Notes under the pieces: model-generated
Told to the model about the DNA's origin: nothing
The model's input: only the letters and a program-made list of their open reading frames with translations
Database searches by the model: none
Shown: positions 26,390-44,824 of the stretch, piece by piece
Numbering within the stretch: the first letter of the stretch is position 1
How the letters are laid out: each line of letters begins with the position of its first letter
Translations under genes and position numbers: made by a program
NCBI RefSeq assembly: GCF_009914755.1
Contig: NC_060947.1
Reading direction: 5' to 3' (one strand)
Origin: the human T2T-CHM13v2.0 reference genome, Homo sapiens
Length of the DNA: 64,000 nucleotides

Positions 26390-27060
26390 CCTTGCAAATG
26401 AAAAGAAGCCAGCCTCAAAAGAATATGCACAATAGGATTCCATTTACATCTAGTTTGGGTGTTGTTTTTTTTTTTTTTTTTGGTGGTGGTGCCGGTGGGG
26501 GGTGGACAGGGTCTCACTCTGTCACCTAGGCTAAAGTGCAGTGGCGCTTTGCCTATGTCAAGTTTTAAAGTGGGCAAAGGTTTTAATCTGAGTTGTTATA
26601 AGTCAGGATGGGCCAGGTGCAGTGGCTTGCTCCTGTAATCCCAGCACTTTAGGAGGCAGAGGTGGGTGGATCGCTTGAGCCCAGGAGTTCAAGCCCTGCC
26701 TGGGCAACATGGTGAAACCCCATCTCTACACAAACTACAAAAATAAGCTGGGTGTGGTGGGCGTGCTGTAGTCTCAGCTACTCAGGAGGCTGAGGCCGCA
26801 GTGAGCTGTGATCACAGCACTGCACTCCAGCCTGGGTGACAGAGTGAGACTCTGTCTCATTAAAAAAAAGAAGAGGAGTCAAGATGGAGTTATCCTTGGA
26901 GATGGGGAGCACAGTGGGACTCCTTGGGGGCTGGGAACACTGCAGGTTGATCTGGAAGCTGGTTACATGGGTGTGTTAAAATTCATCAAGCTGTACTCTC
27001 AGGATTTGTACACTTTTCTGTCTGTGTGCTGTACTTCCAGAAAATAAAAAATAGAAACTA
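26390..27060 (+). mobile_element. Old L1M 3' end, interrupted by an Alu fragment (26465-26547) and an AluJ
   Basis: ATGAAAAGAAGCCAG...GATTCCATTTAC and GGTTACATGGGTGTG...AAAATTCATCAAGCTGTAC. Confidence 0.65.
26611..26872 (+). mobile_element. AluJ with right-arm deletion
   Basis: GCTTGAGCCCAGGAGTTC diagnostic. TSD AGTCA(G/A)GATG. Confidence 0.92.
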
Positions 27061-27879
27061 AAAAAAAATAATAAACCAGGGAGGAATCAGTTTTAAAACT
27101 GCAATCACACTCTGGGCAGATGACCTGATAGCAGGAGTGTGGGGTTGCTCTGAGCCAAGTTGGGGGGTTGGGGGAGGGCAGTGTGCTGCTTCTAGAGACA
27201 GCAAGGAAGCAAATTTTGTTAATAAAATCACGTGAATAGAAGCAAACTTACTGCTCCACAGTTGGGGCGGGGGGAGGAGCGGGGTGAGAGTGATGCGCCA
27301 GGCAGATGTGCCGTATTGGAGGCTTGGCAGCACTTCATCATGGCAGCCCTAGGCATGGCCCAGGCTTCCAGAGTGAAAGCGTGGAGTTGGCAGCATTAAC
27401 GGGTTGCCTAGGCCCCCACCCTGTCTTCCTCACCTTCTCTGCAGGAACTTCCACTCCAGCCTAAATTGGGTTTTCCGCTATGCCCGGAGCAGACACAGCC
27501 TTTCCCCATTGTGGCCCATGCATGTTCCCTGCAGGAATGCCCCTTCTCTCTTCCTCCCCTTAAAACTGCTTCTTCTCCCTGGTCCCCACCAACCACCTGG
27601 TTATACATTCCAGAAACCTGAGAATCACCCTTGACCTCTCCAATCCCTTCACTCCCCAAACCGACCCTTCACCAAATCCGTTTTCTTTTCTCTGCGCAGT
27701 TTTAGGAGTCCATCCATTTCCCCCACATCCAGCGCCCTGCACTGCCTAGCACAGCTTCTCACCTACGCCATGGCAATGGCCTCCTCACTGGGCCCCCTCC
27801 TCTGGCTCCTACCCCTCTGCAGTCCATGGCCCCCACAGCAGCCACCAGCCACAACCACACCCGCAAATAACCACTGCTG

Positions 27880-28290
27880 CTGGGTGCCAGGTGCTGCTCC
27901 AGGCTCCCGACACACCCCAGGAAACAAAACAAATACCTGTCCTCGGGGTACTTGTATTCCAGAAGGAGAGAGATGGGCGATAAGCAATAAAGGTAAGAGG
28001 TCACAAAATTACCATGGATGGTGGACAGTGATGTATGCCATGGAAAGAAAAGTGGGAGCAGGAAAGAAGCACCTGGAAGGCAGGGTGTGGGGAGAAGGAT
28101 TTGCAGGATTAAGGTGCTCAGGGGAGGTCTCTTGGGAAAGTGAGATGTGAGCAAAGACTCAACGGAGCCGGGGGAGCAAGCCAAGATTTCTGAGGTGAGA
28201 GTTTTGCAGGCAGAGGCAAAGCCAGTGCAAAGGCCCTGTGGTAGGAGACTGCCTGCTGTGTTTAAGGAACAACCAGGATTCTAGGGTGGC
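27880..28290 (-). mobile_element. L2 3' fragment
   Basis: GCAGAGGCAAAGCCAGTGCAAAGGCCCTGTGG motif. Confidence 0.7.
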
Positions 28291-28699
28291 CAGATTGCAA
28301 AAGAGGAAGAATGATCAGACAGGTAAAAGGGGGGCGGGGGTTGATCCTGCAGCCAGAGCGAGGGTGCTCCAGTGGCTTTCACTATTGAGATAAAGATGGA
28401 AGCCCTCAGCCACCCTACTGGGCCCTGCCCCTCAGACCTTGGCTCTGGGCTTCTGTTTCCAGCCCCTTCCCACATCCAGCCGTTGCCACCGGGAGCTGGC
28501 TTAGATTTGCGATCCCTCCACCCGCTTCACTTAGTCATTCACAACTCTGTTCAAACAGCACTTCCTCCAAGATACCTTCCCCAAACAGTCATCCAGACCA
28601 GTTTAGTGGCTCAGCCTCACCCTCTCAAACCACCCTGCCCTTCCTCTACGCCACAGGCCTCCCCAGTGCACAGCCATCTAGCGTTAAGGCTATAATTAC

Positions 28700-29100
28700 T
28701 TCATTTGGTTCATTGCAAATTTGGCAGTTGTTTACTCTGTGCCAAGCACTGTCCTGGGTGCCAGGGCACCGTGGAGAACAGGACTGACAAGGTCCTTATC
28801 CTATGGGAGATGGACCATAAACAGAGCAAATAAGGTAACTTTAGATGATGACATGTGCCACACAGAAGATGAAACAGAGCAGTGTGGCTGAGAGTAGTGG
28901 GAGGGAAGGCAGTGTTAGCCAGGATGGCTTGGGAGGCCTCTTTGAAAAATTGAGCTGAGAAGGAACCAGCTGCATGAGTATGGGGGAAAGAGAGTTTCAG
29001 GTAGCCGAGCAACAAGTGCACAGGCCCTGAAGGAGGACCAACCTTGGACCACCTGAGGAAGAGAAGGACAGCCCACATGGCTGGAGCAGAATGGGCTCTC
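28700..29100 (-). mobile_element. L2 3' fragment
   Basis: TACTCTGTGCCAAGCACTGTCCTGGGTGC and ACAAGTGCACAGGCCCTGA. Confidence 0.75.
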
Positions 29101-30555
29101 TCTCTCCAGCTGGAAACGGTGCTGCACACGATTCCAGATCCTCTCTGGTCTCTTTGTCATCGCATCCATCCCTTGGGCTTGCTGACCGTTGAAGCTCATG
29201 GCATTCATTGAATGAAGGTGTAGCCATCTCATTTCTGCCCAAACTTCGATCCTGCTTTCTCCATGAACTCTTCCCAGCCACTTCCAGCCCTCCAAGAACA
29301 GTCTCTCCTCTATACAAAAACCTCAGAGCCCTCACTTGAGATCTGGGGCTGGTCTACTTGGGGCCGGACACCCCTGGAAATGCTGTGAAAATGGTGGCCC
29401 TCGTGCACATGTCCACTTTGCCAGGGGTACATGCATCAGAGTCCCAGAGGGCCTCAGACACCCAAAATGTTGACGAAACAGGACTCCCAAACCCCTCACT
29501 CTGCAGATGAGGAAACTGAGGGCTAGAGGGTAGAATGTGTACCCTGGGCCTACCTGACTTTCTGTCAGGCTGCCAGCTGCCAGGCCACAAGAACTACCCC
29601 ATCTGGCTGTGGGAAGCCAGCCTGGGGTCCCTTGTTGGCACTTGGTGTCTCGGAGACTGTTCCCTTCTGCATGGTTGTCCTTGTTTTGATCTGTTAACGC
29701 ACAGTAAGTACCCCATGGTAGGTCAATGTCTTCCCTTCTCAGATTATTCCTTGAGGGCACGATCAGGTGGTTGGTTTTCTTTAATGTTATTTTACTCCTT
29801 ACTTTGTGTCTGCACAATTCCTGCTGAGGGACTCCACAAGTACTGGCTGCCCAGTCGGCTCCTTCTTCCCATGCCCCAAGGACCATGGAAGCCGCCACTC
29901 GGGGCGTTAACTGGCTTGTGGTCAGGCCTGTGACTGGATATTCTTAGCAGCCTTCGGTCACCCATCCCGAAAATTTAAACTCCCCGGTCACTGGGGCTTA
30001 GATCTCTCCCCGCCAAGGGAGAGATGTTTTCTATAATATTTTCAGGCAGTCAGCTCAGTACAGAGCCGAGTGTGCTTTTGCCATCAAAGGCTTAAGCTTT
30101 GGGGGCAAGGCCGAGCATCACACTGTCGCTACCCACCACTGCCCCGGGCCTGCCTGACGAGCGGGACTGTTTGGAACTGCTTAGCATGATGGAAGCTTTT
30201 GGCCACATCAGAGCCGTTATCACATCTGACCTCGTTCCTGGGCCCTGGGGCAGCTCGGAGGCCTGGGAGTCTCGGGCACTTACTGGCCTTCCTGTAGAGA
30301 TGTCCACTGTGGGTCAAATGGCAACTTAAAAACAGGCATGGGGATTAGAGATCTCCATTTGGGCCATTTCCTTAACCTGCTAGGTGAATTCCCCTTCTAA
30401 ATGCAACTGTTTCTCTCACTTTCAAGGAGATACCATATTCGGCTTGCCATCAAGCTCTGTGTGCAGTGGCAGGGAGTGAGAACAAGGATTGAGAAGGGGT
30501 CTTAGGGACCCTCCAACAGAGCAATATGGAGGGGAGGGTGGTGTATAGTCAGTAG

Positions 30556-30872
<317 letters not shown>

Positions 30873-31015
30873 TTCTTTTTTTCTTCCACACTTTCTGATT
30901 TCTCTTGGGGTGGCTACATCTGCAGCTGTGTTTTTCCTCCATTTATCTGGCTCTGGAAGTGCAAGAGCACAGACTGGGAGGAGACGTGGGCTAGGGGAAG
31001 AGAAGGTTTCCTGGT

Positions 31016-31057
31016 TGTGTGTGTGTGTGTGTGTGTGTGTGCACGCGCGCACGCATA
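31016..31057. repeat. (TG)13 followed by CACGCGCGCACGCATA, an alternating purine-pyrimidine tract
   Basis: Direct reading. Z-DNA-prone. Confidence 0.9.
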
Positions 31058-31371
31058 AGAGGGTTCAGAGGAAGCAGAAATGTTTCCTCTCTCCCAGCAC
31101 TACCATTCCACCAATCCATAGCAAGCAAAACTCAGGCTGAATGTTCAAACCCCATGCTTTTAAGGATGCCACATGGTGAGAAAGGGCCACCATGTAATGA
31201 ATCCTGGGAAAAGGCCAGGGCCCTTGGGAGCGGGAGAATGAGCACCAGAGAAGCTGATAGGAGAAACCTTCAGAATCCCCACTGGCCTCTTTGCAACTTT
31301 GGGAATTGAGAGAACTCAGGGGAATATGGTGAACTACGGACTTAAGCGGACCATAAAGATTTTGAACTATT

Positions 31372-31782
<411 letters not shown>

Positions 31783-31835
31783 CTTACAATTTTTTAAAAA
31801 GGTTTTAAAATCAATTCTATTCCACAAACACTTCT

Positions 31836-32091
<256 letters not shown>

Positions 32092-32476
32092 CACAAACCC
32101 TTCTGAAACACCCCTTACATATATGTACAGAGCTATGAAAATAAGTAAGACATACCCTTAAGGGAGGCCGCCCTGGGAAAGACATTCTAGGCATCTTGTG
32201 GGGAGTGTTGGGTCAGACAGAGGATGGAGGGGTGTGTGTGGCGTCGGGGGGGCGGGTTGGGGAGGAGGGCATAAAAGCACACGTGGCCAGCCTGCTTTGT
32301 CCTGTTCTGGAAGGCCATCCAGTCTGCTCAAGGGCAGCTGAACAAGTGGGAAGAGAGGTGGCAAAGGCAGATGAGGTGGTCCCTGCAGCCTGCTATGTGC
32401 CAGGAAGTGATGCATTGGGGCAGCAGCTCCAGCAGCTGCCTGGAGAAGGTGGTTGATTATGGGAGAAATTGACTGT

Positions 32477-32754
32477 GGAGTCTCACTCTGTCACCCAGGC
32501 TGGAGTGCAGTGGCGAGATCTCAGCTCAAGTCAACCTTTGTCTCCTGGATTCAAGTGATTCTCCCGCCTCAGCCTCCCTAGTAGCTGGGACTACAGGTGC
32601 ACACCACCACGCCTGGCTAATTTTTGTATTTTTACTAGAGACGGGGTTTCACCATGTTGGCCAGGCTGGTCTTGAACTCTTGACCTCAAGTGATCCATCT
32701 GCCTCGACCTCCCAAAGTGCTGTGATTACAGGCATGAGCCACCACATCTGGACC
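32477..32754 (-). mobile_element. AluS lacking its tail
   Basis: TGACCTCAAGTGATCC. Starts at GGAGTCTC without a poly-T. Confidence 0.92.
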
Positions 32755-32799
32755 TCTTCAGTCTCTTCTAATCACTACATTTTTCCTCCCTCACGCCCA

Positions 32800-33017
32800 A
32801 CCAAGTGAGTGAGCCACCATGGAAATGTATCATCCAGCATCCCAGCTTCAACTCCTCCACCTGAAGCCCCAAACATTGTGAGCAGAGACAATCCATCCCT
32901 GCTGTACTTTATCTGAATTCCTGACCCACAGAAATCAAGAGATAGAATACATTGTTATTGTTGGTTTATGCCACTACATTTTTGGGCAACTTGTTATGCA
33001 GCATTAGATAACTAATA
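32800..33017 (+). mobile_element. MLT1 (MaLR) LTR 3' part
   Basis: GAATTCCTGACCCACAGAA...TTGTTATGCAGCATTAGATAACTAATA. Confidence 0.8.
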
Positions 33018-33055
33018 TGGGGGTGGGTGAGTTCCCTCAGAGCTGTCACAGCTGA

Positions 33056-34302
<1,247 letters not shown>

Positions 34303-34304
34303 CT

Positions 34305-34750
34305 AGGGTGGAATCTCCATCTCTTCCTCGAGGATCTGAGTTGGCATCATGACTTGCTCTGACCAATAGAATGCACCAGAAGTGACACTGTGTGACTTCT
34401 GAGGAGAAGCCTTAAGAGACTTTGTAGCTTCCTGCTTCACCCTCTCAGGCAGTTCTGAGGCTGCCACGTAAGGAAGCCAGTCTCACATACTTGAGGATGT
34501 GAGGCCACAGGGAGAAGAGTGACAGTTCACTGCAGCTGACAGCTGGCACCAACTGCCACACTGTTCATGAGGCCATCTTGGATCTCCCCACAGCTGTTGG
34601 CTAGCTGACTGCAGCTGCATGAGTAAACCCAGATGTAACCAGCAGAGGAACAGCCCAGCCAACTTACCCAATTGTGATAGAAGAAGAAATTGTTGCTTTA
34701 AGCTACTATGGTTTAGAGTGTTTTGTTACATAGCAATAGCAAACTGATAT
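34305..34750 (+). mobile_element. MLT1 (H-like) LTR
   Basis: GACCAATAGAATG...GAAGTGAC...TTGTTACATAGCAATAG. Confidence 0.78.
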
Positions 34751-34810
34751 ATCTCATTGAAATATACTCTAGAAGAGTTTCCATCCAAAAGTCTTAGAAG
34801 CAAGTCTGTT

Positions 34811-35084
34811 GACTAGGCAGTGGCTCACACCTGTGATCCTAGAACTTTGGGAGGCTGAGGCAGGATAATCACTTGAGCCCAGGAGTTCGACACCAGCCTG
34901 GGCAACATAGTGAGACCCTGTCTTAAAAAAAAAAAATTAAAATCTGGCCAGGAGTGGTGGCTCTCACCTGCAGTCCCAGCTACTGAGGAGGCTGAGGTGG
35001 GAGGATCACTTAAGCCCAGGAATTTGATGCTGCAGTGAGCTATGATCATGCCACTGCGCTCCAGAGCAAAACCTTGTCTCAAAA

Positions 35085-35119
<35 letters not shown>

Positions 35120-35133
35120 ATTTAAAAAAAAAA
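34811..35133 (+). mobile_element. AluJ with (AAAT)n tail
   Basis: AluJ diagnostics. (AAAT)n at about 35082-35121. Confidence 0.92.
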
Positions 35134-35156
35134 GGCAGCAAGAATACTGGGGAAGA

Positions 35157-35876
<720 letters not shown>

Positions 35877-35980
35877 TCATCAGGGGAAAGAAAGGAATAC
35901 CTCCTTTTCTTTATCTGCCCTCCAATAATAAGTGGCTCCCTATGCAAGTCATACCCTCAGATGGCTTTTTGTAAAAAACT

Positions 35981-36065
35981 ATGTTGCCCAGGCTGGTGTC
36001 AAACTCCCAGCCTCAAGCAATCCTCCCGCCTCAGCCTCTGGAGTAGCTGGGATTACAGGCGTGCA
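35981..36065 (-). mobile_element. FLAM-like monomer fragment
   Basis: ATGTTGCCCAGGCTGG...CAAGCAATCCTCCCGCC. Confidence 0.8.
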
Positions 36066-36114
36066 GATGTCTATTAGTCAAATACTCTCTGGATACACAG
36101 GCCTAGAATCACCA

Positions 36115-36340
36115 TGGAAATAGCTGCCATTTATTAAGTACCTACTATGTACTTGTTGCATATTCAATGCATTCCCTTATTCAATCCTCATGGAAGTACG
36201 GTCAAAATGAGGCACTAGTCACAACTAAATGACCCTATTTTGCACATGATGAAGCTGAGACTCAGAGAGGTTAAGCGGCTCTCCTGAGGTCGCAGAGCTA
36301 GTGGGCATAGACTCCCAAATGGACAGTCTTTCCTCTTAGC
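36115..36340 (-). mobile_element. MIR
   Basis: GCTGAGACTCAGAGAGGTTAAG core. Confidence 0.75.
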
Positions 36341-36415
36341 CAAGGTGTGATGTTTAAGGAAGGTGACATAGGAGAACGGGGATCTCAGCCCAAGTGAGTA
36401 GAAACAGGAAAAGTT

Positions 36416-36724
<309 letters not shown>

Positions 36725-36970
36725 TCACATAATGGGGGGGCCAGGCCTCAGTGGCAGGGCTGGGGCCAGGCCAGGTATATAAGTAGAAGGAAGAACTGTG
36801 GGCAGAGCTTCCAGGAAATGTCTTAGGGAGAAGGGGAAACAGTCCAGACGGAGGGAGGGAGGAGCTGCGGGGCCTTAGGGAGGTGGGGGTTGGGGTATGG
36901 GCGAAAGCTGTTTCACTGTCCTTTCCTTGGGAGCAGGAGTGGTGGCTCTGCCTCTAAGAACAGACTCCTT

Positions 36971-37252
36971 GCCGGGTGCGGTGGCTCACGCCTGTAAACC
37001 CAGCAGGCGTGGGAGGCTGAGGCAAGCGGATAGCTTGAGGTCCGGAGTTCGAGACCAGCCTGGACAACATGACGAAACCCCGTCTCTACCAAAAATACAA
37101 AAATTAGCTGGGCGTGGTGGCGCACACCTGTAGTCCTAGCTACTTGGGAGGCTGAGGCACGAGAATTGTATGAACCAGTGAGCCAAGATCATGCCACTGC
37201 ACTCCAGCCTGGGCAACAGAGCGAGACTCCATCCAAAAAGAAAAAAAAGAAG
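36971..37252 (+). mobile_element. AluS with right-arm deletion
   Basis: TSD AAGAACAGACT. Confidence 0.92.
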
Positions 37253-38586
37253 AAGAACAGACTTCACCCGTGCAGCAGGCACCTCCTCTACCACCCTCCG
37301 GGCCTTCTCCTCCATGACTCTGCCTCCCCTGCCCCAGCAACTCCCTATGCACCTGCCCTCCTTCCCTGTCCCTCTTCATCTAAATCTTCAACAGGTGGAG
37401 AGCAGCCTGATTAAGGGTGCACCCCAATTCCCTCCTTGTGGTCACACTATGAGGTGGGCACTTAGTTACTCTCCTTTTACAGGTGAGGAAACTGAGGCAT
37501 GGAGACTGAGGGGAGGGCAGCCTGCACTATGACCTATCCTAATGACTCAATCTGGGAGGTTTCCCCTGGTCTTCCTGGTCCTCCAAGACCCGCTCTGCCA
37601 GGGATTCCGGGGTGCTGACTCACACATCACTCCTTCAGGCCCATGGTGTGAGTTCGTCAATGAGATCATGGAGACGTGTGACCATTTTTAGCCCTTGGCT
37701 AGGTGTGGGGCACATAGAAGGAGCCCCATCATGTGTCGCATCGCTGTGCAGCTCCAAGCCTACCCCTGTCTGCTCTCAGCAAGGCAGCTGCTGCATGTGA
37801 GGCTTGGTGGTAATGAGGGAAGCATGTCGGTGGGGAGGTTCAGGAGCCCCAGAAGGAAAAGAAGAGGACCAGAGAGAGCAGGTTCCTCGGAGTGCTAAAC
37901 ACAGGCCCAACTGCCTTTTTCAGGAATAAGGGTGTGGGCCAGAGGGGCAAACGACCCCCTCCACAAATGCCAGTGAATTGCAGCAGGCACATAATGGCTC
38001 CTCCCTCTTGTGTCCTGCCTTCCAAGGGTACCCTATTTGGCAAATCCTACCCACTCTGGCAGCCCCTGGAACCCAGCCACCCTCTTAATGCCCCTCATCC
38101 TGAGGCATCTGTCATGCAAGCCACCCCCCACCTTCCCTGGGGAGCTGGCTTGCTGGCCCCAGTGGTCTCCATGTGACCTTTCCTCAGCTCCTCCACTGTC
38201 TCCAGACCTGAGGTGAAGAAAGCAAGGTCAGAGAAGGGGCCCACTCATGACCGTGAGACAGAAGACCCACGCCAACCAAAGCTGCTCTCTTTCTCTCCAG
38301 CTGCCCCTCAGGCCACCATTGCAACAGATGACCCTCCTGGGCCCCAAACCAGGTTGTCTGACCTGAAAACACTCAGTACTCAGCCAGGTGTTCCCATTCG
38401 GAGCCCAGTGAGCTTGCACTTGAGATCAGGCACATGGGTAAGGCTGATATGGGGGTGACAGTGAACCACAGATCTTGCAGTCCCAACCTCCTGAGAGAGC
38501 TGAGCTGGTCAGAATGAGAAGGTGCTCACTGCACCCTGCATTTACTATCCAAAAGGACTAGAAATGACTAGAAACTGAGAAAAACA

Positions 38587-38968
<382 letters not shown>

Positions 38969-39079
38969 TTACCCTGTTAGCCTCCAGGCCTCAAATTAGA
39001 AGGAGGAGGGGAACTCATGCTTGTCCAGCACTTCAGCAAGATCATCTCACTGAATCCTCATAACAACCCCATGAGATAC

Positions 39080-39855
39080 CGTGGTGGTTTTAAACACGCC
39101 CGCTAGTTATTCGACACTCTTCCCACCAAGAGGTGTGGTCTCTGTCTCTACTTCTAGAAGTCTGGGTGGGCTTGTGACTGCTTTCAACACAACAGAAGTG
39201 ACACTCTGAGACTTGTAAGACAAAGGCAGAAGAAGCCATGCAGCTTGCTCCTGGCTCTTTTTGGGGCACTTGCTCTGAGAGAAGTCAGTAAGAAGTCTAC
39301 TGCCATGGCAGAGACTCACAACATAGGTGCCACAGTCAACAGCCCAGCAGAGCTCCCAGCCAATAGCCAGCATCAACTGATTGCTACAGGAGTGTGCCAT
39401 CTCGGATATCCTTCCGATGGCTGCAGCCCCTGTTGATGTGTGACTGCAACCGAATGAGATATCCCAAGTGAGAAGTACCCAGCTGAGTCCGTTCCAGAAT
39501 TCCTAACCCACAGAATTGTGAACAAAATCAAAGAGTTGGGGTTTTTTTTGTTTGTTTTTGAGACAGTATCACTCTGTCACCCAGGCTGAAGTGCAGTGGT
39601 GGGATCTCAGCTCACCACAGCCTCGACCTCCAGAGCTCAAGGAATCCTCTCACCCTAATTTTTGTATTTTTGTAGAGACAGGGTCTCCCCATGTTGCCCA
39701 GGCTGGTCTCCAACTCCTAGGCTCAATTGACCTACCCGCTTCGGCCTCCCAAAGTGCTGGGATTACAGGCATGAGCCACCAAACCCGGCCAAAGAGTTGT
39801 TTTAAGTGGCAAAGTTCTGGGGTAATTTGTTGCATGGCACTAGTCACAAAACAGA
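39080..39855 (+). mobile_element. MLT1G-like LTR split by an AluJ, itself within a MIR
   Basis: GTGGTGGTTTTAAAC start, GAATTCCTAACCCACAGAA, and TTCTGGGGTAATTTGTTGCATGGCA end. Confidence 0.78.
39542..39790 (-). mobile_element. AluJ with internal deletion
   Basis: TSD AAAGAGTTG. Confidence 0.9.
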
Positions 39856-40042
39856 TCCGTGGTGTTCCCACTTGAAACTGAGGTGCAGAGGGGCTGAATA
39901 ACTTGCCCATGGTCACACACCTGGTAAGTGGCAGAACTGAGACTCAAACCTGGTCTCTCAGAATCCAAATCATAGCCCCTTCTCACGGTGCCCCCCTAAC
40001 ATTTTCTCACTTCCAAGAAGAGAACATTCTTTTCAGACTCGA

Positions 40043-40228
40043 CTAGTTTCCAAACCTGGCTGTGCGTCAGAGTCAGCAGTGGCGTGTTAAAGATAGAGAT
40101 TTCCAGGCCCCACCCCAGGCCTAGTGAGTCAGTATTTTCAGGCGTGGGGCCAGGACTCTGAATTCTGAACTGGCACCCCAGGTGACCCTGAAGCAGTTAG
40201 TGCGTGAACCGGACAGTGAAACCCACTG
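40043..40228. mobile_element. MER5A-like hAT-Charlie DNA transposon
   Basis: TIR-like ends (TAGTTTCCAAAC...GAAACCCACTG) and CCAGGCCCCACCCCAG / CCCCAGGTGA. AP-1 TGAGTCA at 40125-40131. Confidence 0.75.
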
Positions 40229-40334
40229 CTCAGCCAGGTTATTACAGAAAACTGGAGGGGACCAGCAAGGTTTTCTTCAAAATATAGCAGTTTCAGAAAA
40301 TCCCTCATGATCTGAGCTCATCTGCTTCAATTTC

Positions 40335-41028
<694 letters not shown>

Positions 41029-41553
41029 TAAGAGACAGAAATTGATGGGAGGCTATCCAACCAGTAAGTACACTCATGTGTATTAACACCTTGCTAGGCT
41101 CTGTGGTCCCTGTGCTCTAAGAACTTACAACTGAAGCGAGGAGATAAGGCGTAAAGTCATTTCAGAGCAACCAAATGATAAGTTTTGTGGCTGTGACAAT
41201 AAGCACAAAGGCATCTGGGAGAATTAGACTGAAATGTAACCCCCTAGAAATTTGGGAGGGGCTCCGCAGAGGAGGTGGGGCCTGGAGCTGGGAGTCAGGG
41301 TGAGCAGGGGGATCACTCCAGGCAGGGGGCTCAGGGGCTGAGGCTCCCTCCCAGGGCAGAACAAGCAGGAGGGCATGAATGGGTAGAGGGACTCACTGGG
41401 CTGCCCCAGGGGTGTGCTCTGTGGCAGCTGTGGAACCAGAGGAGAGGGGAAGACGAGGACCAGATCAGAGAGGGGTCAGGGGACTTGAAGTCTGATCCAG
41501 ATTTTTATTTTCTCAGTTTCCAAAAGCTACTGTCATTTACAGATCAAGGACAT

Positions 41554-41914
<361 letters not shown>

Positions 41915-42590
41915 TCACACACCTTTGGAGCCAGGAGCCAGAATTCTCCCAAATAAGAGACTGAATCCCCATGGGGCTCCACCATAAAACATATCTGCCC
42001 CAGTGCCCCAGTCTCTTTGCTTACAAGATGTAAACCTTGATGCTGCTACCTTGAATTTTTAGACAGTGGATTCCTTTGATTAGAACCACTCTGGGCAACG
42101 GTGATGAGATTCCATTAACCATCGGAATCAATTGAACCAAGAGCTTTCCTTCCTAAAGGGAAGGGCTAGGTTCCAGTACTTGGCTGACTGCAGAGCCCTG
42201 GAGGAATTCATTGAAAGGAGGCCCAAAATTAGAAATCATCACTTTCTGCAGAGACACTTAGGAATCCCTCCCACATTATTCAAGGACAGCAAGAGAAAGG
42301 TGGGCAGAACTGGGGGGAAAAGGAGCTGCAAGGAAGAACGCGAATCTTTGGCCAGCTCATATACCTTCATACAACAGATGAAGGTGTGTCCTGCACAGCC
42401 TGCGAGACTGGCTAAAAGTCTAGCTTTTAGTCACACCTCCTGGATCCTATGCCACATCTCCAAGACATGCTTAGAGGTAAGCAAGGAAACTTGCTCGGTC
42501 TGGGGTCTCCTCTGAGCTTTCCCACCTGTACCTTTCCTGCAAGGGAAACCCCTGTAGGAAGAAAGGTCTCCATTCCATCATGGCTTTTTT

Positions 42591-42901
42591 CTTTTCCTTC
42601 TTTTCTTTTTTTTTTTTTGAGAAAAGAGTCTCATTCTTTCGCCCAGGCTGAAGTGTAGTGACACAATACTCGGCTCACTGCAACCTCCACTCCCGGATTC
42701 AAGTGATTCTCGTACCTCAGCCTCCCGAGTACCTGGGATTACAGGCGTGTACCACCATACCTGGCTAACTTTTGTATTTTTAGTAGAGACAGGGTTTCAC
42801 CATGTTGGCCAGGCCAGTCTCGAACTCCTGACCTCAGGTAATCTGCCTGCCTCGGCCTCCGAAAGTACTGGGATTACAGGTGTGAGCCACCGCGCCCGGC
42901 C
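42591..42901 (-). mobile_element. AluSx-like
   Basis: TSD TCATGGC(T/C)TTTT. Confidence 0.94.
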
Positions 42902-43160
42902 CTTCATGGCCTTTTTGTCTCTCAGCATTGGGATGGCCGGTGGCCCATCTTCCCAGGTTTCCTGAGATTGGCGGCAATGACCCAGAAGCCTCTGGTGACA
43001 TCATAAACCATCTCGGGGAGGGTAATGTAATTATTGCATGGATTTATTTAAATTTAATCTAAAACTGAAGGTTTCAACAAGGGTCGTTTTATCATTTGAT
43101 ATATGTGTTTGTATATATAAATGTCACAGCTAGAGATACATAGTTTTGGTTTGAAACACC

Positions 43161-43593
43161 TGTTTCAGATTGCATTACTCTTCCCAGTGCTTCACCTCCC
43201 CCTGTGTCCACACCTTTTAGAGGTAGAGCATGCCTCTTCATCCCACCGATGTCAGGCCACATGACTTCTTCTGGCCAATAGATGTAGGCAGAAGTAACAG
43301 TGTGCAAATTTTGAGTCCCGGACTTAAGAGTCATTGCATTTGCACTCTACCCTCTTGCACTTTTGCCATTGTCATGAGAAGAACATGTCCCAGGTAGCCC
43401 ACTTGTCCGTAGAAGATGAGGGACACGTGGAGCAGCTTTAGATCCAATCCACACTTGGAGTCAAGCCCTGTTGAGCACATTCTAGACCAGTGAACCACAG
43501 GTGACCCACTGACATGTATGTAGGAAATAAGTGCTTACTGATGTTTTGAGGTGGTTTGTGATACAACAGTGTTGTGACAAGAGCTTATTGATA
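43161..43593 (+). mobile_element. MLT1 (I-like) LTR
   Basis: GGCCAATAGATGTAGGCAGAAGT...CATGAGAAGAACATG...GTGGTTTGTGATACAACA. Confidence 0.75.
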
Positions 43594-44445
43594 TATCGCC
43601 TGAGCACGTTACTCGGTCAACCCAAGGCTCATACTGCACAACCTACCATCTAAAAGAACACTCGTTCTACCTGCTGTAGATAGAAATAACTAACTACATA
43701 AAAGAACATTCCATCTCTCTGTAGCCTCACACCCTTCTTAATTCTTCCGAGTATTTATTACAACCTGCAATATTATATATTTTTATTGCTCATGTACTTT
43801 TTCTCTCCCCAGTAAAATGTAGTTTTATGATGTCCAAGATATTGTTTTTGTTCCTGCTATAAATGTCCAAAGCTTTGGTAGGCGTATGGTGGGTGTTAAA
43901 TAATTATGTGCAAAATAGATGTCTATGGTCTTTTTTCTCCTTGGTTAATATGCCTCTTACCTAATTTACGTTCCTGTGTGCAGCTCAATGACTTTGCACT
44001 AAGCAAAGTTGAGGAAGAAAAAAACATTTTGTAGAACAAAATATGCAAACAGGAGACCTCCCAATTTTGTCCCTGATGAAGAATGAGTTCTTCTTCCCCA
44101 AAGAGCCAGTCTCCATGGTTGGGGCCCTTAGAAACCACAGCAGACCTCCAGAACTGTGGCAAACCAGCAGGTGGCTTTGCCAGTGCCATCCAATATAACC
44201 AAGACGCAGCTAAATTTCTGGATACCGTATCAGGGGCTGTCCTCAACCATAGGAGGTTTCTCTGTGTGTCACTTCACTGGGGGGAACTTCAAAGGGACTT
44301 ATGTGGCTTCCAAGAGCTGTCAGAATGTTTGACTCTCTGGCATTGTGCCGGCATCACACGTTAATTAAATTATATGGCAGATACACCTCAATGTCAAAGT
44401 CAGATATTATAGCCGTCAAAGCCTAACATTAGGTGCAGTATTTTA

Positions 44446-44824
<379 letters not shown>

